Source of the DNA: Elusimicrobiota bacterium
GTDB lineage: Bacteria > Elusimicrobiota > UBA8919
Reading direction: 5' to 3'
Length of the DNA: 63,799 nt
Assembly: GCA_016218625.1 (NCBI GenBank)
Contig: JACRDL010000045.1
Span: 1 to 63,799 of the forward strand
Shown here in pieces: positions 28,720 to 36,233 of this stretch; the stretch's first letter is position 1; each line of letters begins with the position of its first letter. Position numbers and translations under genes: made by a program. The notes beneath the pieces are model-generated. The model was given only the letters and a program-made list of their open reading frames with translations, did no database searches and was not told the DNA's origin.

Positions 28720-29332
28720 ATTTACCCCGTTAGAAATGGCGTCCCGCAAAGCGGGATTTCTAACGGGGTTTACAAAAGGAATAATTAAAGAAAATCCTGT
28801 TCTGGGTTTGATGCTCGGGCTTTGCTCGGTGCTTGCCGTCTCAACCGAGGTAAAAAATGCAATCGGAATGGGTTGTGCGATGACATTCGTGCTTTTGGGT
28901 TCAAACATTTTGGTTTCGCTGCTTCGCAAAACAATCCCGCAAAAAGTCCGCATCCCGGTATTTTTAATAGTCATCGGTTCTTTCACGACAATTGTGGATT
29001 TAGTGATGAATGCATATGCCCCCGCTATTCACAAAAACCTCGGAATTTTTATCCCGTTGATTGTCGTCAATTGCATAATTATTGCTCGGGCGGAGGCGTT
29101 TGCGGCAAAAAAACAGATTTTGGAATCAGTAATAGATGCTCTCGGAATGGGTTTCGGATATACTTTGGTTTTATTTGTTATAGCGACAATAAGAGAGATT
29201 TCAGGCAATGGGACTTTTTCCGGCGTAAAACTTTTTGCTGAATTTAATCCGGTTTTAGTTATGATGTTGCCGCCCGGTGCGTTCATTACAATAGGACTGC
29301 TAATGGCAGTTTTGAGAGCGATAAAAAAATAA
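28694..29332 (+). CDS. rnfE: Rnf complex subunit E
   Basis: KENPVLGLMLGLC..LAVS plus conserved TM pattern. The start is ATG 28694 or the in-frame ATG 28736, which lies inside a palindrome. Confidence 0.85.
   Translation: MSSKKLLSEFTPLEMASRKAGFLTGFTKGIIKENPVLGLMLGLCSVLAVSTEVKNAIGMGCAMTFVLLGSNILVSLLRKTIPQKVRIPVFLIVIGSFTTIVDLVMNAYAPAIHKNLGIFIPLIVVNCIIIARAEAFAAKKQILESVIDALGMGFGYTLVLFVIATIREISGNGTFSGVKLFAEFNPVLVMMLPPGAFITIGLLMAVLRAIKK
28721..28772. repeat. TTTACCCCG...CGGGGTTTA palindromic mini-element, copy 2 (5' coding end of rnfE)
   Basis: Perfect 14-bp arms ACCCCGTTAGAAAT and ATTTCTAACGGGGT. Inner stem TCCCGC-aaa-GCGGGA. Confidence 0.85.
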
Positions 29333-29337
29333 TAAAA

Positions 29338-29462
29338 ACGATTTAGACAGATAAGAAACACGGATGAAAACGGATGGAGTCACGGATTCAGACAGATATA
29401 AATCCGTTTGCATCCGAAATAATCCGTCTGAATCTGCGTTTTTATCCGTTTGAATCGCTGTT
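29338..29462. repeat. ACGGAT/CAGACAGAT-word long hairpin between rnfE and rnfA
   Basis: About 60-nt arms. Starts AACGATTTAGACAGAT and ends GTTTGAATCGCTGTT. Same family as 31294-31410. Confidence 0.8.
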
Positions 29463-29465
29463 AAT

Positions 29466-30041
29466 ATGAAAGAACTTATTTTACTGTTACTGTCAACGAT
29501 TTTCGTCAACAATTTTGTATTTGCGAGATTTCTCGGTACCTGTCCATATATGGGTGTTTCCAGAAAAATAGCCGACTCAATCGGTATGGGACTTGCTGTT
29601 ATTTTTGTGCTTCTGATGGCGGCAGTTTCATCATGGTTTATCCAATATTTTATTCTTAACCCGTTGCATATTGAATATCTCCAGACGATTGTTTTTATTC
29701 TTGTGATAGCCGCCCTTGTTCAGTTTGTTGAAATGGTTATTATGAAAACATCGCCTGCACTTTATAAAGCATTGGGAATTTATCTTCCTTTGATTTCTAC
29801 CAATTGCATAATTTTAGCGGTTGCGATTTTGAATATCAGAGAAAATTACAATCTTATAAAAACGGTTGTATTTACAGTCGGTGCGGGTTTGGGTTTTACG
29901 CTCGCTTTGATTTTGATGTCATCTATAAGAGAGCGGCTTGAAATCGCCGATATTCCAAAACCACTTGAAGGCGAGCCGATAGCGTTTATCATTGCGGGAC
30001 TTATTGCAATAGCATTTTTCGGATTTTCGGGAATGATGTAG
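29466..30041 (+). CDS. rnfA: Rnf complex subunit A
   Basis: 191 aa, 6 TM helices, FVNNFVFARFLGTCPYMGVS typical of RnfA/NqrE. Confidence 0.9.
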   Translation: MKELILLLLSTIFVNNFVFARFLGTCPYMGVSRKIADSIGMGLAVIFVLLMAAVSSWFIQYFILNPLHIEYLQTIVFILVIAALVQFVEMVIMKTSPALYKALGIYLPLISTNCIILAVAILNIRENYNLIKTVVFTVGAGLGFTLALILMSSIRERLEIADIPKPLEGEPIAFIIAGLIAIAFFGFSGMM

Positions 30042-30049
30042 GGGGGATA

Positions 30050-30499
30050 ATGCAAGTTAAAAGTGAAAGGTTAAAGGTTAAAATTTTATGGTTGGTTATT
30101 TTTATTTGCGAAATTTCACGCTATACAACTTTTTGCGAAGCAAAAAACGATTCCGAAATTGGCGTTATCATCGGAAAGCCCGTTGGTATTTCCGGAAAGT
30201 GTATGCTTTCAGAGAAGACCGCTATTGACGGTGTATTTGGTTTCGGCTCCGGTTTTATGGCACATTTAGATTACTTATGGCATGATTTTAATGCACTCAA
30301 AGTAAATGAAGGAAAACTTCCGTTTTATTACGGCGTCGGTGCTTTAGTCAGTGAAAAAAATTTTTGTGTTCAGGGAAAACTTGGTCTTGAATATCTTTTT
30401 GATACAAATCCGCTCGGTATATTTATTGAGATTGCGCCGGCCGTCGGGACCGATTTTATATTTCAAGGCGGTATTGGTGTAAGGTATCGGCTAAAATGA
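30050..30499 (+). CDS. small secreted beta-rich protein embedded between rnfA and rnfB
   Basis: GGGGGG Shine-Dalgarno, a signal peptide, Gly/aromatic-rich alternating strands, and an ATGA overlap with the rnfB start. Confidence 0.45.
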   Translation: MQVKSERLKVKILWLVIFICEISRYTTFCEAKNDSEIGVIIGKPVGISGKCMLSEKTAIDGVFGFGSGFMAHLDYLWHDFNALKVNEGKLPFYYGVGALVSEKNFCVQGKLGLEYLFDTNPLGIFIEIAPAVGTDFIFQGGIGVRYRLK

Positions 30500-31290
30500 G
30501 CGTTTTTATTGTTCCATTATTGGTTCTCGGTATATTAGGGCTTCTTTTGGGAATAGGTCTTGCAATTGCATCTAAAAAATTTGCTGTTAAAACCGACCCA
30601 AAAGTTGAAATTATTTTCGGGATACTTCCCGGTGCTAATTGCGGTGCCTGCGGTTTCGCCGGCTGTCTCGGTTATGCAAAAGAGATCATAGAAGGTAGAG
30701 CGAAAACAGGACTTTGTCCTGTCGGCGGCGAAGATGCATCAAAAAAAATCGCAGAGGTATTAGGTATTGAAATTAGTTCACGGCAGAAACTTGTTGCCCG
30801 TATTCACTGCGGTGGTGATATCTCAGAAAAAAGGCAGAGGGGAAATTATAACGGAGTAAGGACATGTCTGTCGGCAACGCTGGTTTCCGGCGGTACCGTT
30901 ATGTGCAGTTATGGATGTTTAGGTTTCAGCGATTGCGTAAGGGTTTGTCCTTTTGATGCAATAAAATCAAGAGAAAATTTACCGCCGGAAATTGATGAAG
31001 AAAAATGTACTGCCTGTGGGTTGTGTGTGAAATCATGTCCGAAAAATTTAATTAAACTCACACCGCTAGATAAAAGATTTTTAATTGCCTGCTCATCACA
31101 CGATAAAGGAAAAATTACAAGGCAAGTTTGCGATGTGGGCTGTATCGCCTGCGGACTTTGTATAAAAAAGTGTCCCGAAAAAGCATGCAATCTTGAAAAT
31201 AATCTTTCCAAAATTGATTACACAAAATGCAAAAATATCGGAGAATGTTTTAAGGCGTGCCCGACTAAATGTATCCAATGGAAGAGATAA
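30496..31290 (+). CDS. rnfB: Rnf complex subunit B
   Basis: N-terminal TM helix, CGACGFAGC cluster and several CxxCxxCxxxCP ferredoxin motifs. Confidence 0.9.
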   Translation: MSVFIVPLLVLGILGLLLGIGLAIASKKFAVKTDPKVEIIFGILPGANCGACGFAGCLGYAKEIIEGRAKTGLCPVGGEDASKKIAEVLGIEISSRQKLVARIHCGGDISEKRQRGNYNGVRTCLSATLVSGGTVMCSYGCLGFSDCVRVCPFDAIKSRENLPPEIDEEKCTACGLCVKSCPKNLIKLTPLDKRFLIACSSHDKGKITRQVCDVGCIACGLCIKKCPEKACNLENNLSKIDYTKCKNIGECFKACPTKCIQWKR

Positions 31291-31293
31291 TAA

Positions 31294-31410
31294 GACGATG
31301 TAGACAGATGGAAAGCGGATTCAGAAAAAGAGGATGCAAACGGATTTTTATCTGTCTAAATCTGCGTCACTATCCGTCTGAATCGTAGTTATAATCTGTT
31401 TGAATCGTCG
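31294..31410. repeat. ACGGAT/CAGACAGAT-word long hairpin after rnfB
   Basis: Starts GACGATGTAGACAGAT and ends GTTTGAATCGTCG. It is a direct-orientation paralog of 29338-29462. Confidence 0.8.
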
Positions 31411-31420
31411 CTAATTTATT

Positions 31421-31510
31421 GTATCGGAAACTGAAAGGCGCCACAGAACCACACAGAAAAAGAACACAGAAATAACTTCTGTGAACTTCTGTGAAATTCT
31501 GTGGCTTATA
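31421..31510. repeat. CACAGAA-word hairpin, near-identical paralog of 48421-48520
   Basis: GTATCGGAA..GCGCCACAGAACCACACAGAAA...TTCTGTGAAATTCTGTGGCTTAT. A 22-nt block is identical to the other copy. Confidence 0.85.
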
Positions 31511-31540
31511 GTGGAGTCCTTGCGAAAGCAAGGTTATCTT

Positions 31541-31951
31541 GTGGAAGAAATTGCAACAGTAGTTGAAATTTCCGGCAACAGATTAAAATTGTCATTTACC
31601 CTGTTAGATAGTAAACATCTAACGGGGTTTACCCGCCAAGAGATGTGTAAAAAATGTGGTTCCTGCCAAAAATCAGAGAATGGTATAATGTATCTTGAAC
31701 TTGAAAACAGCATCGGTGCAAAGGTTGGCGATAAAGTTCTCGTTAAAATTGAGCCGTCAAACCTAAAAATCTCGGCAATACTTTACGGAATCCCTTCCAC
31801 TATGCTTATCATCGGTATTTTTTTGGGATATTTTTTATTCAATTCGGAAATTTATGGATTTTTAACCGGATTTATTTTTTTATTCATTTCATTTTTAGTA
31901 ATTAAAAAATCTATAAAAAAATACAAACCAAAAATAGAAAAAATAATTTGA
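31541..31951 (+). CDS. rseC: RseC/MucC-family protein (SoxR-reducing-system-associated)
   Basis: VEEIATVVEISGN.., CKKCGSCQ, and two C-terminal TM helices. GTG 31541 is preferred because the longer ORF starts inside the hairpin. Confidence 0.6.
   Translation: MEEIATVVEISGNRLKLSFTLLDSKHLTGFTRQEMCKKCGSCQKSENGIMYLELENSIGAKVGDKVLVKIEPSNLKISAILYGIPSTMLIIGIFLGYFLFNSEIYGFLTGFIFLFISFLVIKKSIKKYKPKIEKII
31595..31631. repeat. TTTACCCYG...CGGGGTTTA palindromic mini-element, copy 3 (in frame inside rseC)
   Basis: ACCCTGTTAGAT pairs with ATCTAACGGGGT (1 mismatch). Encodes FTLLDSKHLTGFT. Confidence 0.75.
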
Positions 31952-31963
31952 CGGGAGGTATTT

Positions 31964-32512
31964 ATGGTCTGGTTTTTTCTGATTGTTTTAGCTGGTGTTG
32001 TTCTGTATGTTGTCAGTATCTACAACAGGTTGATTAGATACAGGGTTGAATCGGAAAACTCATGGAGTCAAATTGATGTTCAACTTAAAAGGCGGCATGA
32101 CCTGATTCCGAACTTGGTTGAAACGGTTAAGGGCTATATGCAGTTTGAAAAAGACACACTTACAAAAGTGATGGAGGCACGCGCAAAAGCCGTCGGTTCA
32201 GGTGATATGCAAAGCCGTATGAAAGCCGAAGGCGAGATTTCCGGGCTTTTGGGTCGGTTGTTTGCGGTATGGGAGAATTATCCGGACTTGAAAGCAAACA
32301 AAAATGCGATGCAACTTCAGGAAGAACTTACTACAACTGAAAATCGGATTGCATATTCTCGCGGGCATTACAATGATGTTGTTGCAAATTACGATGCGCT
32401 TCTTGAGCAGTTTCCGTCAAATCAGGTTGCAAAGATGTTCGGTTCTTTTCAGGAAAAGATATTTTTTGAGATGCCCGAGTTAGAAAAAGAAGTACCAAAA
32501 GTTAAATTTTAA
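31964..32512 (+). CDS. lemA: LemA family protein
   Basis: N-terminal TM helix, YNRLIRYRV..WSQIDVQLKRRHDLIPNLVETVKGY. Confidence 0.85.
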   Translation: MVWFFLIVLAGVVLYVVSIYNRLIRYRVESENSWSQIDVQLKRRHDLIPNLVETVKGYMQFEKDTLTKVMEARAKAVGSGDMQSRMKAEGEISGLLGRLFAVWENYPDLKANKNAMQLQEELTTTENRIAYSRGHYNDVVANYDALLEQFPSNQVAKMFGSFQEKIFFEMPELEKEVPKVKF

Positions 32513-34137
32513 TGATTCATTCACTTCCTACTGAAACCGTTTTAGATGCAAGAGAACGGACAGAACGAACCACTCGGGTTCTATTTGTTTTGATACTGAT
32601 AGTATACACTATTTTTTTCAATCTAATATTTGCAGTAGTGCTTGCCTGTCTCGGTAAACATGTTTACTTTTTTATTGTAAAAAAATTCTGGATGTTTAAT
32701 ACAATTGCCACAGCGGTTGCTTTGATAACAGGTGTAGTTCATTTTCTTTTGGCACGGAAACGGTCTCTCAATGAAATTCTTAATCAGTTGGGTGCAATTC
32801 CGGCCGATAAAAGAGATGAGTATCATAAAGTTTTTATAAATATCGTTCAGGAAGCAGAATTGGCAGCGGGCATAAGACCGATTTTGCCGGTAGTTATTCC
32901 GTCTGCGGGATGCAATGCATTTTCTGTAGAGGACGGTTTTCACCTTACAGCGATTGGTGTAACGGAAGGCACATTAGTACGATTAGACCGTTCTGAACTG
33001 ACAGCGGTTGTATCTCACGAGGCGGCGCATTTGGTTTCTGGTGATTCACGGCTTGCTACGACGGTAAGTAATATTTTGAGCATATTTAACCGTCTGCGAG
33101 TGCTTTTTACAAAATCAAAACTCTGGCAGGTTTTGTCCAAAACAAGAGCATCCGTATTTCTAATATTGGCCCGACCGTTTTTATGGTTTCTGGCGGCACT
33201 CGGTCACTTTGTCACCAAATTTATATATATGGGGATTTCAAGGAAACGGGAATTTCTTGCCGATGCCAACGCGGTGAATATGTGCAAAGACCCGCTTTCA
33301 CTTGCGGAGGCGATTTACAAAATTTCACAAAAATACAGAGGCAGTTTTGATGTGCCTGAAGGTTTTGCGCCGCTTTTTATTTTAAGCCCGCAGGTATCTT
33401 GGTTAGATGAAAAACGCGGTTTTTTAGCGAATCTTTTCAGCACCCATCCGCCTGTTGCCGACCGTCTTAAAAAATTGATGACTTGGGCAAAAACGGATGT
33501 GATTGAAATTAAGCAGGACTTAAAAATTGAGAAAAATTTGATAGAGACGAAAGAGGAGCCGCCGAAATTTTTCGCGCACATAAAAGAAAACTGGGAAGGT
33601 CCGTTCACGCTAACACAGATACTTGCATTGGATACGATTAAGCCGTCAACATTTGTCTGTTCTGCCGACGGCGATAAAATTGTCCGCGCGGCCGATAACG
33701 AATTTTTGCTTCAACTTTTTGTTCGCCGAATGACGAATGAAGTATCAAAAAACAGATGTCCCAGATGTAATGTTTCGCTGGTTGAGATGCCATATGAGGG
33801 TACTTTTACGCTGCATTGCAGTTTTTGTAACGGTAATTTAATGAAATATGGAGTATTGGAAAGAATTATTACAAGAAAAGATAAAGTATTTTCTGATGAA
33901 GAAATAAAAAATGCTAAAATTTGGCGAAATCTGCAAAAGGTAAACATTCCTGCAATTGACAGTTTCCCGAATATCAGATGTCCGATTTGTAATACCCAAA
34001 TGGCGATGGTCTTTCACTGTATGCTTACCGGTGTTATTATTGACAGATGCTTAAATAAAAATTGTCGTGCTGTTTGGTGCGACGGCGGGGAATTGGAAAA
34101 AATTCAGATATTGGTTGAAGACGCTGAAAAAACATAA
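32512..34137 (+). CDS. M48-family (HtpX-like) metallopeptidase fused to a GYF_2-like domain and two zinc ribbons
   Basis: HEAAHLVSGD (HExxH) and EFLADANAV. WEGPFTLTQILAL is GYF-like. Zinc ribbons: CPRCN...CSFCNG and CPICN...WCDGGELEKI. Confidence 0.7.
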   Translation: MIHSLPTETVLDARERTERTTRVLFVLILIVYTIFFNLIFAVVLACLGKHVYFFIVKKFWMFNTIATAVALITGVVHFLLARKRSLNEILNQLGAIPADKRDEYHKVFINIVQEAELAAGIRPILPVVIPSAGCNAFSVEDGFHLTAIGVTEGTLVRLDRSELTAVVSHEAAHLVSGDSRLATTVSNILSIFNRLRVLFTKSKLWQVLSKTRASVFLILARPFLWFLAALGHFVTKFIYMGISRKREFLADANAVNMCKDPLSLAEAIYKISQKYRGSFDVPEGFAPLFILSPQVSWLDEKRGFLANLFSTHPPVADRLKKLMTWAKTDVIEIKQDLKIEKNLIETKEEPPKFFAHIKENWEGPFTLTQILALDTIKPSTFVCSADGDKIVRAADNEFLLQLFVRRMTNEVSKNRCPRCNVSLVEMPYEGTFTLHCSFCNGNLMKYGVLERIITRKDKVFSDEEIKNAKIWRNLQKVNIPAIDSFPNIRCPICNTQMAMVFHCMLTGVIIDRCLNKNCRAVWCDGGELEKIQILVEDAEKT

Positions 34138-34206
34138 AAATGATATTTGTTCATTTAATCATTTAACTAAATGAGCAAGTGAGAGCAAAACAAATGGAGG
34201 CAAAAA

Positions 34207-34881
34207 ATGCAAAAGTATCTTGATGGGTTTTGTGATGGATTGAGAAGTTCATTGGGCGAGGATTTGGTTTCTGTGATTCTTTACGGAAGTGCTGTAAAAA
34301 GTGAAAATATTTCAAAGCAGTCAGATGTAAATATAATGGTGGTTGTAAAAAAGTTTTCTCTTGAATGTTTATCTTCAATAGAAAAAATAATTTCTCGTGC
34401 AGAACGCAAAGCAGACATTAACCCTGTTTTCTGGACAGAGGACGAACTAAAAAATTCCGTGGATGTTTTTCCTATAGAATTTACGGATATAAAAGAAAGT
34501 TATCGTGTGTTGTATGGCAGAGATATTATTTCTGAAATTTCTATTGATACAAAAAACCTGCGTCATCAGTTAGAGTTTGAATTACGGAGTAAACTTTTGC
34601 GACTCAGAACTGAATGGTTAAGTGTCAAAGGGTCAAAATCACTTCTTTTTGATTTTCTTACTCGTGCAGGAACCTCGCTTTTGCATCTGTTTAATTATGC
34701 ACAGAAATTGTTAGAAGGAAAGATGGATAATTTTTTAGCAGAGCCGTTCAAAAAATGCGTGCTGCTTAAAAAAAAAGAGATAAAATTAGGTCGAGCGGAA
34801 TTGGAGAAACTCTATGAAGATGTTCATAATTCCGTCAATAAAATCATTTCCAGTGTCAATGAACTTGATTCTGTAAAGTAA
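34207..34881 (+). CDS. nucleotidyltransferase-domain protein
   Basis: LVSVILYGSAVKSE..SDVNIMVVV minimal nucleotidyltransferase motif, plus a helical C-terminus. GGAGG Shine-Dalgarno. Confidence 0.55.
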   Translation: MQKYLDGFCDGLRSSLGEDLVSVILYGSAVKSENISKQSDVNIMVVVKKFSLECLSSIEKIISRAERKADINPVFWTEDELKNSVDVFPIEFTDIKESYRVLYGRDIISEISIDTKNLRHQLEFELRSKLLRLRTEWLSVKGSKSLLFDFLTRAGTSLLHLFNYAQKLLEGKMDNFLAEPFKKCVLLKKKEIKLGRAELEKLYEDVHNSVNKIISSVNELDSVK

Positions 34882-34888
34882 AAAATGG

Positions 34889-34954
34889 AACCACGAGATT
34901 TACACAAGATTTTCACAAGAAAAAAATACTAAAAATCTGTGTTAATCTGTGGTT
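34889..34954. repeat. degenerate CACA(A)GA-word hairpin
   Basis: AACCACGAGATTTACACAAGATTTTCACAAGA pairs with ATCTGTGTTAATCTGTGGTT. Confidence 0.6.
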
Positions 34955-34971
34955 AATTATCGGAGGGTAAA

Positions 34972-35541
34972 ATGAAATACAAAGGTTTAATTGTTGCGGT
35001 CGTAGTTCTTATTTTAGTGGTTGTAATTCCTGTTGGGATGTATAACGGGCTTGTAAGAAGAGATGTAGCAGTAACAACCGCGTGGTCACAGGTAGAAAAT
35101 GTTTTGCAAAGAAGGGCGGATTTAATTCCGAATCTGGTCTCGTCGGTAAAGGGCTATATGAAACACGAAAAAGAGATATTGGATAATCTTGCGAAAGCCC
35201 GAACTCAATATACCGGCGCAAAGACATTTAATGAAAAACTGAAGGCAGGTGCTTTAATGGAAGGCGCACTTGCACGGCTTCTCGTCATTGTAGAAAATTA
35301 TCCAAACTTAAAAGCAAACGAAACATTTAATCGTCTGATGGACGAACTTGCAGGAACAGAAAACAGAATCGCAGTTGAAAGAAAAAGATACAACGAATCG
35401 GTTCAGGACTTGAATACAACTATTCGTAGAGTGCCTTATAATTTAATAGCAAACCAATTCAATTTTAAAGCCAAGCCATTTTTTGAAGCAGAATCCGGAG
35501 CAAAAGCAGTTCCAAAAGTGGACTTTGAGACAACAAAATGA
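34972..35541 (+). CDS. lemA: LemA family protein (second copy)
   Basis: YNGLVRRDV..WSQVENVLQRRADLIPNLVSSVKGY. Confidence 0.85.
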   Translation: MKYKGLIVAVVVLILVVVIPVGMYNGLVRRDVAVTTAWSQVENVLQRRADLIPNLVSSVKGYMKHEKEILDNLAKARTQYTGAKTFNEKLKAGALMEGALARLLVIVENYPNLKANETFNRLMDELAGTENRIAVERKRYNESVQDLNTTIRRVPYNLIANQFNFKAKPFFEAESGAKAVPKVDFETTK

Positions 35542-36230
35542 AAAATCTGCTGTTTTTATCCTTTTTGCTTACAATTAACCTTTATGCAAACATTCCTCAA
35601 AAACCCGTCGGTTATGTAAACGATTTTGCAAATATCCTTGACGATAAAACAAAATCGGAATTACTCTCTCTCATTATACAGGTTGAACAGAAGACATCAG
35701 CAGAAATTGCCATGGTGACAGTTTCGTCATTGGAAGGAATGAGTGTTGAAGATTATGCAGAAAAACTTTTTAAGAAATGGGGTATAGGAAAAAAAAGGAA
35801 GGACAATGGGGTTTTAGTTTTAATTGCTCCGAATGAAAGAAAAGTAAGGATTGAAGTCGGATACGGACTTGAGCCAGTTCTTCCCGACGGACTTGTAGGA
35901 GAAATTATACGAGAACAATTTATTCCCGCTTTTAAGCGGAACAATTTTTCTGACGGGATTACAAGCGGAGTTAAACGAATTGTTCAAATTATTGAACGCA
36001 ATGAACCGGCTCCAAAATTTTCGTTTGCCGGCCACCCGCAATGGATTTCACTACTGTCACTGTCTATATTTTTCTTAGTTTTTTTTGTTGTGATGTGGAA
36101 TTCAGCGAGTGGTAGGGGTGGTGGCGATAGTGGATGGAGTGGTAGTGGTGGATTTTATAGTGGTGGCGGTGGGTTCGGTGGGTTTGGAGGCGGTTCGTCG
36201 GGTGGCGGTGGTGCCAGTGGCAGTTGGTAA
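35538..36230 (+). CDS. TPM-domain (YgcG-like) protein with a Gly-rich tail
   Basis: VNDFANILD, AEIAMVTV, DNGVLVLIA, then a TM helix and a GGGFGGFGGGSSGGGG tail. Confidence 0.8.
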   Translation: MKNLLFLSFLLTINLYANIPQKPVGYVNDFANILDDKTKSELLSLIIQVEQKTSAEIAMVTVSSLEGMSVEDYAEKLFKKWGIGKKRKDNGVLVLIAPNERKVRIEVGYGLEPVLPDGLVGEIIREQFIPAFKRNNFSDGITSGVKRIVQIIERNEPAPKFSFAGHPQWISLLSLSIFFLVFFVVMWNSASGRGGGDSGWSGSGGFYSGGGGFGGFGGGSSGGGGASGSW

Positions 36231-36233
36231 ATT

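Noticed and set aside
28822-29241. 139-aa alternative-frame ORF inside rnfE (also 38436-38717 inside the ankyrin gene, 1849-2100 in thiL, and 7207-7452 in tsaE)
   Set aside because: They overlap confidently identified conserved genes in another frame. Their composition is Arg/Cys-rich and typical of off-frame translation.
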